A DNA stretch of 64,000 nt from Enoplolaimus lenunculus (taxonomy: Eukaryota), in assembly GCA_030248215.1 (NCBI GenBank), contig JASANG010001546.1, positions 310,001 to 374,000 on the forward strand, read 5' to 3'. This document shows, piece by piece, positions 25,955-39,476 of this stretch; positions within the stretch are counted from its first letter, which is position 1; every line of letters starts with the position of its first letter. The position numbers and the translations under genes were made by a program. Under the pieces are notes generated by a model. The model made no database searches. It was not told the DNA's origin and was given only the letters and a program-made list of their open reading frames with translations.

Positions 25955-27902
25955 CTAAAAATTAAACAAATTTATAAAAGAGAAATTTTATTTTAAAACA
26001 ATTAATACTGGTTGAAACGTCAAGTGCGGTATTTGGCCGTTCTCACGTCACGAGGGTCTCGGCGGCGAGAGTAATCAAATTCTAAGTTAGAATCCTTGTA
26101 AAGTTTTAGATTTAAATGTATAAGTGAAGCATGCCTTACATCATTTGCTAAATGTTACCTTGAACGGTGTAACAGTGGTATAAGCATATTCCTAAGCCTA
26201 AAATTAAGCCTATGCTAAAATAGTGGTAACATGTATTATATATATATGTATATATAATACTGCAAAATTTACATGGCTGTCATAGGACTATCAAACGTTT
26301 CTAGAACGGAAACGAGGAAATGTACACTAACTTACTTAATTTTCAGATCAAACAGGAAATACTAATTATTTCAATTTCGCTCATACTGTCATATGATCTG
26401 AACAGTTTTCGTAAATATTCTGAAGTTCTGATAACCAGGTTAGCCGTACCAATTTTGGCACTGGTAGAAAATGCTTCAGGTGTAAATAAGGCTGTAAACA
26501 TTTAATATTTCGAATCAAGTTTTCACTCAAAACTAAATAGGTTTTCAAACCAAAACGCTCATGTAAGCAGTTGGAGAGTCTACCTACTAAGCGTTAGCTT
26601 AAACTTAAACCAGAAAATTTGCTTCTAATCTAAGGCTAAGCCTTATCCTAAGCCCAAGCTTGAGGCTAAAGCCTGTATTCTCAAGTATAGCACCTATTAC
26701 CAGTTGATGATAGGTCGTGTAACTATGGAACCAGCGCATGGTGACACTCGAACTTCAGCACATTGTTCGCGTTTGATTTGCCCTACTTCAGTACAAATTT
26801 GAACTTCTGCAATTGTAGACGTTCGTCAGCTTGGAAACCTATCGCTAACTGATTATAGGTGCTATGCGCATTTGAGAATATGTGCCTAAGTCTTAGGCCA
26901 AACATCAAAGTCTTTAAGTCTCTCAGTCCGCCTGCCTTTGAGCGAATAGGCAATGTTCTTGGCGCCTATCAAGCCAGATTTCTAATTCAACGCTCTACAC
27001 ATTTGGTATGACCAGATGTTTGATCTGAGCGGAAAATTAATTGACGCAAGCGAAAACACAACATAAACCAAGATTTAATTTAAATAAGCGAATGCACAGC
27101 ATAGTTGCACGAAGCTTACACTGTAAAAAATGGTAAGTCAAATTGTCACTCTCTCGGAAATAGGCTTGTCCTGACTACACAAACTGAGTCAAATTCGACT
27201 CTGCCAGAGTCAAACATGCGACATACTGAATCGAATTTGACTCTTGTGGAGTCGAATTTGACTCAATTTGTGCAGTCAGGAAAAGCCTATTTCAGAGAGA
27301 GTCAATTTGACCCACCATTTTTTGCAGTGTACATTTACCGAAACCACATGATTAAGCTACACTTGCAGACTTTCCGCCTCATAGGTATCGACTAAGCTCA
27401 GGTCAAGGTTTTGTACAAAGGTTTTGCCTAAGCCTAAGGCTAAACTTTTATCAAAGCTTTTCGTTAAATCCTAACACTGAGTCTAAGTCTTAATCGGAAA
27501 TGCTGCTGAGGAGTAAATCGTAACAGTGATGAGCGTTTTGAAAGGGGTGTGAAAGAGTACAACATTGGTGAATTCAAGGTAAGGCACCCCCCAAGCCGTA
27601 CCCGTCAACAGGGGTCAAAACCAAAATTTTAGTTTACAACGTAATACAACACTGTGAAGCGTGGCGTATATTAAAAGTAATGTGAACTCCTTTAATGCTC
27701 TCCTGCCTAATTTTTTGGCATCACCATCCCATCTCGACTTTGGCTTACAAGCGTGAATTTTTAAATTTGAATCCAACTACTCTTCGTTCACTTCACTGAC
27801 AGAGTTTTCCCTGTACTATTCTATTTCTGTTGTAATGGTTGCGAAACAAATGTCCACAGACTCGTAGGCAGCTCATCTTGCTATAGGGAGCTAAAATAAT
27901 AT

Positions 27903-28064
27903 GGCTAATGTAAAGAACAGGGGCGGAACAGTATTATAAACATATTTCTAAGTCTATGCCTAAGTCTAAGCCTAAGCCAAGCAGAAAAGTTTGTCTAAAG
28001 CTTATTAAGCTTACTCTTTTCTAGTCCCACAAATAACGTTCCGCCCCTGATCTTTACATGGGCC
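27903..28064 (-). mobile_element. Merlin-like telomeric-repeat MITE
   Basis: TIRs intact. TSD AATAATAT/AATATTAT. Confidence 0.8.
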
Positions 28065-28560
28065 AATATTATCAGGAGGTGCATACAAGCGTTTTCTATG
28101 ACTTACAAGCAAGATTGAAAATTATCTTCTAAAATTACGCACTGAAATCAACATGCAAAGGTAAATGGGTATATTTCAATTTCGGATCTTTCTGAGCAAG
28201 AAATCCTAAATCGACACCTGGCTGAGAATAGCAACTTTACAAAAGTATATTTATGTCCAAAATACAGTTAACGCAATATCTTTCTGGGTTAGTAGAAATT
28301 TGAGCCAGAAATTTGTGCTTAGTTTTTTTTCTCTAAATATTAATAAGTCGGCTTGTTTAGTCTAAATGTACCAGCAAATAGATTCAAGCTAACGGCTACA
28401 ACAATATTGTATGTCCACACTGTTCTTGATAGCGTTTACAAGCTAAATCCTGTACGGAAAACAAACAGCGTAGCTTAATTAATTGGTAAATATTTACCTT
28501 TAAGTATAAATCGGTTGCGTATCAGCAAAAAGCATTAAGACCACCTCGGTCAAACAAGAG

Positions 28561-29319
28561 GGCCGTGTAAAGATCAGGTGCGAAACGTTTTGTGTGCGAC
28601 TAGAAAAGAGTACGTTTAAGCTTTAGACTAATTTTTTGCTTGGCTTAGGCTTTGGCTTAGGCTTAGGCTTAGGCTTAGGAATATGCTCATTCTTACGCTT
28701 AGGCTTAGGCTTAGGCTTAGGCTTTGGCTTAGGCTTAGGCTTAGGCTTAGGAATATGCTCATTCTTACTCTTAGGCTTAGGCTTAGGTTTAGGCGTAGGC
28801 TTTGGCTTAGGCTTAGGCTTAGGAATATGCTCATTCTTACTCTTAGGCTTAGGCTTAGGTTTAGGCGTAGGCTTTGGCTTAGGCTTAGACTTATGAAAAA
28901 CATAAATCTTACTCTTAGGCTTAGGCTTAGGTTTAGGCGTAGGCTTTGGCTTAGGCTTAGGCTTAGGAATATGCTCATTCTTACTCTTAGGCTTAGGCTT
29001 AGGTTTAGGCGTAGGCTTTGGCTTAGGCTTAGGCTTAGGAATATGCTCATTCTTACTCTTAAGCTTAGGCTTAGGTTTAGGCGTAGGCTTTGGCTTAGGC
29101 TTAGGCTTAGGAATATGCTCATTCTTACTCTTAGGCTTAGGCTTAGGTTTAGGCGTAGGCTTTGGCTTAGGCTTAGGAATATGCTCATTCTTACGCTTAG
29201 GCTTAGGCTTAGGAATATGCTAATTCTTACTCTTAAACTTATAGGCTTAGGCCTAGGCTTAGGCTTTGGCTTAGGAATATGCTTATAATACTGTTCCGCC
29301 CCTGTTCTTTACATAGGCC
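28561..29319 (+). mobile_element. Merlin-like MITE with an internal 72-bp higher-order telomere-derived tandem array
   Basis: TIRs GGCCGTGTAAAGATCAGG / CCTGTTCTTTACATAGGCC. The unit AGGAATATGCTCATTCTTACTC plus TTAGGC variants recurs at 72-bp spacing. No TSD recognisable for this copy. Confidence 0.85.
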
Positions 29320-31439
29320 GTAATTTTGAAAAAGCGCAAGGTTTTTTTATATTTGCCACACAACTATTCTGCAAAATTTAAAACGACCTATCCTTACTTC
29401 GTCTTTGGATATACTGGATCAAACGGCGTAAATGTTAAAAACAAACTACAATTTTTGCAGTAATAAAAAATAAAAAAAATTAAAGATTTACTGCTACGCA
29501 ATCATGCGAGCAGTTGATTCGATCGACCCGAGAACTTTCTTACGAGAACCAACCGGTAACCCATTAGTTTTCAACCTAAATTGTACGTCTTTACCAGTTT
29601 TAGTGTGCGTTGTTGACCAATTAGCGTTTAGATGATCAGACTGACAAATTACCTATAAACATTTATTTTAAAACGGGTCATTGACAGAAACGAAATAATG
29701 TAAAAATTACTGTTATTACCCCCGCAGATACGGGTACCGAAACCGGTCCAACACAGGTCAAACTTGCAAAATTTTCCAATGGGGTTGAGTACTGAAATTG
29801 TGTTTGGTTTTTAATCCGCTTGGCTGACGTGTTTTTTCTCACTGTTTCACAAATGCCATCAGCTATGATTATTTACTATAATAATAAAATATGGAAATCC
29901 ACAGTTTTATTGACTTCCAGCCATTCCGGTGGGAATAATCTTGGCCTGTCTTGCGTGACTTCACGGCCCTTATTGCAATAAATGTAGCTAATAATGGTTA
30001 GTTTGTTCTTAATCTAGTAAATTTTGTCTAAGTGTAATCCTTAACTTAAAAGTTAGCCGTTTACACTGTAAATTTCAGTGAGTTCATTTTAACTCAGAAT
30101 GAGTTGAATCACTCAGTCAGAATTACGACTATCAGAACTCAGAATTTTGAGTTGATTCAATTCATTCTGAGTTAATTTATTAACTCATACCAGAGTCAAA
30201 TAAACTGAGAGTGAGAATCAACTCAACTGAGAGTGAGTTAATGTTTACTGATATTAATTCAGAAATAACTAACTCGCTAGCTGAATTGATTAATTAACTC
30301 ATTGAAATTTACAGTATAGTTCATTAAGTTCTATTAAAGTTTACGATAAACGTTTCGTAAAGCTGGCTATAATGATAACTATAAGATATTGCGATAGACG
30401 AGTTACCTGGTTTGGCAATTTTTATGGAACAAAGCTTATCCTTATTACAAGCTTGTACTATAATGTATGATAAACATTTTCAGAGGCGAAACGAACGCTG
30501 ATTACAAAATGTACCAGTTTAGCTTTTACCCAAATCCGACTGATTTCAATAAAATACTTTAGTTGTAAACATTATTTTTCAGTGAAAAAACAACGAGTTT
30601 GAACGCTTTTAACCTGACCGTATCGGTAAAAATGCCATAAAAGTTTCATAAACAAAAACAAATCCGTTTACGTTCGTGGTTTAGTTTTTTAGTCTAATTT
30701 AATCACTGATTTAAACTAGAAAATCCGTTGTGTGCCCGAAACTGTATTTAGAGTCCCATATTCTCAAATGTGTATAGCAACTATCATCAGTTTGTAATAG
30801 GTATTCAAACTCACAAACGATTGCAGTTGTTGAACTCAAAATTGGCACAGGATTAGAGCAAATCATGTACAAAAAATGTGCTGGATTTTGAACCTCCAGT
30901 ATTCACTGGTTCCACGGTTAGAAGACCTATCACCACCTAGCGATAGGTACTACACACATTTGAGAATACGGCCTAGTAGCTTCTACGAACCATAGCCTAA
31001 ATATGTCAACTCAAAAGTCAAAGAGTCGTACAAAATTTATCACTTATAAAACAAAAGTATACAATAAGGTTAACGTTAAATTATTGTAATCAGGTTAACT
31101 TAACGGTTATATATTCCAGGTTTAGTGCAGAGGCATACACCATCCTACTCTGGTTTTGGGTCAACACCGCCAGAGCGGCCCTTACTCCGAGCGGCTCAAC
31201 GAATGTTATAGACAAAGAAGCCAGAAAATGAGTCTAAATGTTGACCGGGGTGAAAGTTTCACGCGTTCTAAAAATCAAATTTGTAGGAGTGCACAATTTA
31301 GGTTCGACCAGATTAATCATTATTTTCGATCAAGGATACGGCCCTACTGGACGCCATGGAGCCTCGGTGAATAACAAGTCGCTCTAGGACAATGAATCAT
31401 ATAGAGCCCCCAATAGAAGATGTCACTCTGGCAGACATA

Positions 31440-31881
31440 CTGTATAGACCCGAATAAGAGGGGTGGACTGATATTTATTTGGCCTCTTCAGAGGGTATCC
31501 CCTTGTTATACGGTTACGGACTGTTGTTTATTTTTAACCCACGCTCCGCCGCCCTTCGTTACTGATATATATCCGATACTGCAACTATCCGTTAAATTAA
31601 ACGTATATTTGTCTCGTTTCAATAGTTTGAGCGATAATTAAAGGTTATACTTAGGAATGTACTTTCAAAATTTAAGTATGCTTTAAAGTTTCGAACTCAA
31701 ATTATTTGGTCCTGGAGTCATTTATATGCTACAATTAGAGTTAATTGACATTTATGGACTCTAATTAGGGTTTAGGGACTCTATCCGCTTACGGACTCTT
31801 ATTAGGGATACGGACTCCTGATGATTCGGACGCAAAATGGGGACCCCCTCTTATTACCCCCTCTTATTCGGATCAATACAG
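31440..31881. mobile_element. Tc2/pogo-like MITE
   Basis: TA|CTGTATAGACCCGAATAAGAGGG TIR. Same body as 2706-3147. Confidence 0.8.
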
Positions 31882-32465
31882 TATGACCGTTCTGAGAATA
31901 AGCCTAAATCCTAAACCTAAAATCTGAGTTTAAACAAACCTAAGCCTGAGCTTAAGCCAAAGCCTAAGTCTTAGCCTAATTTTATAACCACTGTTAGTTG
32001 GAACTTTCGCCTTGTATTAAATTAACACTAATGTAAGTGCGAGGGGGCACATTAAATAGTTACCCTCAACTGTATATCGCACTTATAGTCACTTGGGGTG
32101 ATTATACGCTATTTCAAATTAGTAAATTTAAACTAAAATTGAAACATTTTCTTACGACTGACTGACTAGAAGTTTAAAATAAATCACACTCGTGCAGCAA
32201 AATGCTTATAAGTGAACACTTTTAGGCGATATTTGAGTCAAAACGCTATTTTAGTATCAATGTATACGGTATTTTCAAAATCGGAAAAATGTTTTGTATT
32301 TCTGACACAATTTCCTCCTTATCCGGAGGCAGTCTGTTCTGGCCGAACTACTTTTTCCGGTTCACCGGACGGGAATTCCGTTAGACAAAAGATGACGGAG
32401 TGTTGAAGGTCTGGACAACAGGCCGGGTACTTATGTACTCCCCCACAATTGCGGTCATCTATTAA

Positions 32466-32728
32466 CCCTCTCATTCATAGGGTATACTATGAGCAACTGA
32501 ATACAATAATATACGAGCAATATAAACACTGTGAGCAGCGTTTAACAATTGTGACATATATGCGCAGTGCAGAATCTCCACAAGACGTGACAGCCCCCTC
32601 GGGCTCGAGTGTCAAGCTCCTATAGCTCAGTGGTCATCGTAAACGCCTCCCACCCGTGAGACTGGGGTTCGAATCTTACCTTGAAATTACGTCTCACTTT
32701 AAATTGAAAATATTCACGTGAGTAGGGG
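32466..32728 (+). mobile_element. piggyBac-like MITE carrying a tRNA-like cassette
   Basis: TTAA|CCCT...GGGG|TTAA. Internal TAGCTCAGTGG (A box) and GGTTCGAATC (B box). Confidence 0.8.
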
Positions 32729-32868
32729 TTAATACAAGACGGAAGTCCCCCAGAGACTGTATATATTATTGCATTATTACAAGTTTAGGCTTTAGGCTTA
32801 AGCTTAGGCTTATTTTCCGCCTTTTTTATCCACACTGGGACGGCCATCATTCAAAAGCCGAAACGTAC

Positions 32869-33143
32869 CAGACAATTTCTGCGTTACAAGCCGCCGGCGG
32901 ATGTCGAAATATTTTTTCCTGATGACATTGGCAACCATTACAGTGACTAAATTCGTTGTACTTTTTATACATTATTGGTGATAAATAGTGTTGTTGTTTT
33001 TGTTGTTGTTGTTGTTGTTGTTTTGGTTGTTGCAATTGCTCATAATTGGAACCTTTTATAGTTGCTGGGACTAGGTTCGTTTGGTTCCGGGTAGTTCCAC
33101 AGCTGACGGCTGGTTTAAATGTTAAAGGACTTAAATCGTCCAT
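32869..33143 (-). CDS. Gustatory-receptor-like 7TM gene, probable first coding exon (poly-Q N-terminus)
   Basis: ORF MDDLSP...NAEIV ends at donor TG|GTACGT (phase 2). This matches the phase-2 acceptor at 25954 and gives W-K-M-V-D-R in frame. Confidence 0.65.
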
Positions 33144-36100
33144 AACTTGGTTAAGTTGACGTTTTGTTAAATTGTAGTAAAATTTAAATAATTACAAATT
33201 TTTTATCCAATAGAAATCGCTGTTTGAATTCACGTCACAAAATGTATATTTCGTAGTTTTTCAAAACTTTAAACATGAAAAATATATAAATATTTAAACT
33301 GTGAAGGACTCTGTCCGCTTAAGGACTCTTATTAATGATACAGACTCCTATTGATTGGGACTCAAAATGGGGACCTCCTCTTATTCGCCTCCCCCTCGTA
33401 TTCGGGTCACTACAGTAAGGTTATCATACGAAATTTCACATTCCTAGCAGACGTGGTTCTGCTATTAGCAAACCTATTACTAACTGACGATAGTTACAAC
33501 ACACATTTGAGAATACGAGCTAAGATCTTGGCCCGTATTCTCAAATTTGTGTAGCACCTATCACCAGTTGATGATAGGTCTTGTAACTTTCGAAGCAGGA
33601 AACGTTAAGACTCAGAGTTCAGCATATTTTACGCATACGATATGCTGCACTCCTGTACGAGTTTTGAGTTCAAAATTCGTACAGGAGTGAGTTTGCAAAC
33701 CTATTACTGACTGACGATAGTTGCTATACAGATTTGAGAATATGTACCCTGAATTAAAATTTTCAATATAGAGAACAAGCTTTTAGACGGCAATATGCAA
33801 CTTAAAATTTTAAATATTATCTTAATTTTGGTCAAAAAATGGTACCAGTTGCCGCGTTCAGCAATTATCATTTCAGGGTCGGCACACCGTCCAATCTTGC
33901 CACCCTCGAAATAGGCTGGGTATACTTGTAAGATTCAACAAAAATTACAACAATAAAAACAATTGAAATGTAAAAAAAATGAAACTGAACGTTTCTCGTT
34001 GATGAAACAAAATAATTAAGCTTAAACATTTTGTTAAATGTTTTAAATTATTAAGTGGCTTTTTGTGTCTTGTTTTTATGTTTAAGTTTGCTTTAAAGTA
34101 GAATCCGTCGCAGCTCGGCCGCCCTATTAAGCGGTCTGTTTTGTTTTTGTTATTAGTACAAAATTTAAAAGTTCAAAGTCTGACTAATTTGAAACTATTT
34201 CATCGAAATGAAGAATATAAGGAATACCGTTTCGTGGACCATTTTCGTAACCACCCTCATCGGTATTCTCAGGATCTCGGTACGGGTGTTCGAAGCGGGC
34301 CTGTAGCCCAGGGGCGGGATGTGGGGCTCAACCCTCCGTGGAATAATTTTGCCACCCTCTTGAATAATTTCAATCCTGCATGTATGTCAACAAAAACACT
34401 TGAACGTCCCTCCAGGAAGGTTTTTAAGCCCTCTCTAGCATTGTGAGCTGGGTAGAGGCGTGGTACTGACAAGGGGGGCTGTGGACACCGTGAAATATTT
34501 TGGCTGAGTTAAAAATGTCTAAAATATAGAAAATTGTAATTTCTAAAAAATAAAACACGAAAAAATTGCGATACTTTGCTCACTTACGCCTACGCTATAT
34601 TTTAATAAAAGACCAAAGTCCCCCCTCACAAAGTGTTTTATTATTAAATAATCGCATTCTTAGGCTTAGGCTCAGGCCTATGTTTAGGCTGAAGCCTAAA
34701 GTTTAGGCTCAGGCTTAAACATATGTGTATCATCAAGTTTAAGCTTCGCCTTGAGTTCCTTGTGTTGAGGAGTAGAATTTATGTTGTGGGAAATAGATGA
34801 GTACAAAGATCGCGAGCACGGACATACCTGAGTTGAACTTGCTGGGTTGTAGCCATGTAGTCCATTCAACAGGCGTTCAAAACCTTCATTCAGTCAAGTT
34901 GGAGTCACTTAAGCCCTTTCAACATAAATTCAAAACTGTCATTGAGTGATCAACTTATGTCAACTGAAAGAACTTGATTTACGGATACTCAGTCGAAACA
35001 AATGTTAGTGTACAGTGGAAGAATTAATAAAAATTTTAGCTATGGTTCGTTATGCCGTAACGGATCCAAACGGAGTGGATGTCTCCACAGGTCCTGCTGA
35101 GCTTGAAAATTTCGCGATGCAAATAGTTCATCTGAAACGCACAAATTATTTTCTACAAGACGAAAAATATCACGAGGTTTGCATAATGAATTTAAAACGT
35201 TCGACCCTTAGGCCCACATTCAGACCACTTTAAATAGTATATATCGCACCGTGTTTAACAATTGCAACACGTATGCATAGTACTAAATCACCACAAGACG
35301 TGAGAGCCCCTCGGGCTCGAGCGTCAAGCTCCTATAGCTCAGTGATGATGGTATACGCCTCCCACTCTAGTCACTGGCGTTCTAATCCTAGCATAAAAGT
35401 AGATCTCAGATGAAATAGAAAATATTCATGTGATAAAGGGTTAAAATTGTACAGTTTCGGAACACAAAATGTATTCTTTACCGTCGGAATATCAAACATT
35501 CACCGCTGGAATGACCGTGAACTAAAAGTGCAAGCAAAATAATTACAATTAATCTTTAGCCAAAATGAAGTACTTTCAAAACTGACTTTTGCGTTCTTCA
35601 AAATCAGCTGTAAACCAGCTTAACTGAAGTTCCTTTGTACTCTTCTGCAAAAAAATGGGGAGTCAAATTGACTCTCTCCGAAATAGGCTCTACGAAACTA
35701 CACAAACTGAGTCACACTCGACTCTGCAAGAGTCAAATTCGACTCACTCAGTAGCACGCGTGACTGTGGTGGAATCGCATTTGACTCAGTTTGTGCAGTC
35801 CCGTAGAGCCTGTTTCAGAGACAGTCAATTTGACTCAACAGTTTTTGCAGTATAGCGAGACAGGTGTAGCTTGGACAAGAGGTATCGACTAGAGACGGGA
35901 GCGTATACAACTTGAGCGAATAGAGGGGATATATTCCGTTGTTAATTGTCTGGCGAGAAAACTCTGGCTTAATTGGAAATCGAAAGTTAACCTTCTGCAA
36001 TTCTAAAGGTCAAAATATTTTCTTTTACACGATGCCCTCCAAACCTGGCTACCCAACGCCTAACCGGAACCAGGAATTTAAGATTTGCTCAAAGCATTTA

Positions 36101-36333
36101 ATTTGGGTTCGCTGTGTTTATATCAATGATAGCATTGTGTTTAGACATACGCTAAATAGAGCGTTGACTTATTATGCGGGATTCACGATATAACCAGAGC
36201 GCATCTGGGCCAAGATATGTTCCATTTTGATTCGACATCAACGTTAAACTTCGTACTCTACTATTAGGAAAAGAGGCAATAATGGAATATCGTAAGATAT
36301 TTACGTAAAAATGTCTTGCACTATGATAATATA

Positions 36334-36515
36334 CTAGTCTGCCAGCTTTGCGCAATGCGACAAAGTAAACGAACGCATAAAAATTTTCATGCAAATTTTC
36401 TTTTCATAAAACAATCATGTGTATACATATCCTAACCAATTATTGTAAACAAAATATATAATGCTGGAAATTTGCCCAAAAACGTATGTGTGGCGTTCCA
36501 GCTTTAATATATACA
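36334..36515 (-). mobile_element. Short non-autonomous Helitron-like element
   Basis: The family 5' end is A|TCTATATATTAAAGCTGGAACGC. The 3' end has hairpin CTTTGTCGCATTGCGCAAAG followed by CTAG|T. No TIR or TSD. Copies at about 13735-13888, 23897-24072 and 53783-53958, with 5' fragments at 38212 and 58182. Confidence 0.65.
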
Positions 36516-38644
36516 TTAGTACTTGTCTGTATTATTTATACCCACAACTGAGTCCGTATAAGACAATTTCATTGACGTTTCATTATTGTGTTTTCGCGTA
36601 CTTCGAAATATCATATGATACTCGATATGATATTTCAAACGAGAAAATTAAAATTCCCTGATGAAAATACAATTGAAAATCTTAGCTTAAGAATTTATGT
36701 ACACGAGCGTAAAGCGAACCTGAAGCCGGCCGTTATTCTACTGTTTGAAACACAAAAAACGTTTAAAATAGCGTTTTATTGTTTAACACGATTCCTTTAT
36801 CTGGTTTTAGCTACGTTTGCCTAAAGCGAACAGTACCAGTGCACCTTGAGCTACAAAGCTTAATATAACAGACCGCGATAGCGTAGACAAAACGGAACAT
36901 TTTCGTTGAAGCAGGGTCAACGACCACTCGTTAACCGTGGGATGGGACACATTTTATGGTCAGACCTTTAATGTGAACGCCGAATAAGCGAATATCATAA
37001 TATGAAACCTTTTCTATGAAGTAAAGTTAAGAACAATAGATATTTTTACCCACAAGTGGTCCAGAAGGATCATGCTGAAACGGGCTTTTTCTTGTATTTC
37101 CAAAATTTCAGGAAGGTATATATCCCCTTTTATTCATGGCTGGGGTTACGCAACGCGAGGCCCCCCGAACCAGGTCCGAGGTAGCACCCAATAAAATGTT
37201 TTACAGCTCTATAACATCGCGGTCGGCGAAAATGTTTTTAGTTTACCAAACGGTCGCACCCGCAACTGGAGTGTCGTGGGGGGGGGGGCGATTTTGCCGG
37301 CACTGCATTTATTCATCGTCTTGTATGCGTCCCTGGTAAATAATGCTATGTGTTATTAGAAACCAATATACCAGCTTTCAAAGCGAGTAATTTATCTGAA
37401 CTAAATCATATTTGATCACTAGAAGTCACATATTAGTCTGGTTTATGCCTCTAAAATTGTAAAATCAAAATTTATCAGTTATTTGAGCAGTCTGTACAAA
37501 AAATGCGGAATATCGTAAACAAGAAAGTTTACTCAAAATCAACTTGTAACGACAAACATTTTTTATTTTTAAATGCTGATTTTTAAGCCACGAATACATC
37601 TCGGGTTTCTTTTGTTTTACAGATATGCTGAAATTGTTTGAAATGATATGAGAATTACAAAATTCATCTAAAATCTTAAAAATTTCGATGCATCCGCACT
37701 TTTTTCATTGAATTTTTTGACAGATTGACGAATTTATATTCGTCTCCATTGGGTTGGCGGAAAAATAAAACATTTTTTCGAAACATTTATACTTCAATAT
37801 CCGTTTTCCGTTTCCGTTATTTTTACTATCCATTTTATACCCTGTCCCAAAGTTTCTCCCGTCGGATTGTAATTGTTTTATCAAAAGGTTAAACAAGTTG
37901 TATCAGTCAGGATAAACCAGAAATATCCGAATTTAAATTTAGTGCTTGGCATTGAGCAGATAAGACTCGGGTTACAATTACATTTTGAAATGTTTGATAT
38001 ATTTTCGGTTTAATGTAAATTTATTAATTTTAGTTTTCGAGACAAACGCACACTCGCTGTCACGTTGACGTCATTTCACGAGTTTAAATAGGAACCACAA
38101 ACCATGTTTTTAACTCAAAAGAAAATTTAAATCGAAACAGGGAAACCGACCAAACAATTTCTATTTAAATATATATGTATATATGTCTTTGTATTCATAT
38201 GTATATAAACATCTATATATTAAAGCTGGAACGCCCCACATACGTATTTTGTGCAGTTCTTTACGGATAGAACAAAATGTTGTTGTGCGGTCGAAATTAT
38301 TTCAAAATCACCTGAATCACAGTTATGTCCGGTTGAAGAGCAATGATTTGAAATTCCTTTTTAATTTCAAATTTAAAGAAGCTACTTTGTAGAGTACGGT
38401 CTGAAATGCGAGCGATTCCGGTGATTTTGAAATAACTTTTTAACCGCACAAAACATTCGATTCGATCCGTAAACGAGTGAGGGAGAATTGCTTAATGGAC
38501 ACATGATTGAAAAAGCAATAAGGAACGGTGGGTAATTATGAAAATTAATACTTCAATTACCATGAACATAGTCAGGATTTTGATATGGAAAATGGTCAGA
38601 AATCTTTTGCTATTAAAAATTGTTTGTACAATTTATTTGATTTA

Positions 38645-38920
38645 AGCCCTATTTACACGTGCAATTTTTTGCTGCGAAAACTTGCAGCTGCAACTTGCAC
38701 TTGCAAGTTTTGGCCAAAATCCCGTTCGAGTAACTTGCAGGATCAAAAAATTCATTAAAAATCAAACCTAGGGATTTAGTTCACATGTATGAATAATCAT
38801 GCAAGTTCAACGAATTTGTTGCAGCCTCCTTTGTCATTGGCTGATAAAAAAATGCAATTTCTGCGTGCAATTTTCAGCTCCAAGTTCTCACAGCAAAAAC
38901 TTGCACGTATGAAAAGGGCC
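38645..38920. mobile_element. Harbinger-like MITE with imperfect TIRs of about 45 bp
   Basis: TTA|AGCCCTATTTACACGTGCAA...TTGCACGTATGAAAAGGGCC|TTA. Confidence 0.65.
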
Positions 38921-39033
38921 TTAAACGGCTCATGCGCTTTTTTATCTCTCCATCATCCTTGTGATTTGCTCCTGTCAATCACGATGTAATTGAAACATTT
39001 TGTTTGTTTTTCTCAGATTTTAGATCGAGAGAG

Positions 39034-39476
39034 ACATCTCCAAGCACCATAACCAGCTCACCTTGGTAATGAGGTCGGCGGCAATAATTTTTCAGAGGGG
39101 CGTACAAGGGTTTTCGATGACTTTACAAGCAAGACTGAAAATTTTCATGAGGATCAAATTTTTTCCAGACGGGCCCTCAGCCAACCTGCCCTTCCCCCCT
39201 TTGTTATGTCTCAAACATGTGACGGACGTGTTGCCTAATGGCATGCCCGTAGCCAGCTCACCATGCTATGGGGGTTAAAAAATTTTCAGGAGAAGCATTC
39301 AAGAGTTTTCAATGAGTTACAAGCAAGTTGAAAATTTTCGTCTGGAAAAAATTTGATCCTCATGAAAATTTTCAGTCTTGCTTGTAAAGTCATCGAAAAC
39401 CCTTGTACGCCCCTCTGAAAAATTATTGCCGCCGACCTCATTACCAAGGTGAGCTGGTTATGGTGCTTGGAGATGT
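39034..39476. repeat. Perfect 138-bp inverted repeat with a 167-bp spacer
   Basis: 39034-39171 is the reverse complement of 39339-39476. The ORF track shows the identical peptide on both strands. Confidence 0.92.

Noticed and set aside
28628..29288. Long ORFs (186-201 aa) rich in LR/LS/LG dipeptides
   Set aside because: These are simple translations of TTAGGC-derived repeats inside a MITE.
32616..32685. Functional tRNA-Gly gene
   Set aside because: The acceptor and D stems do not pair properly, and the sequence lies in a multicopy MITE. Treated as tRNA-derived only.
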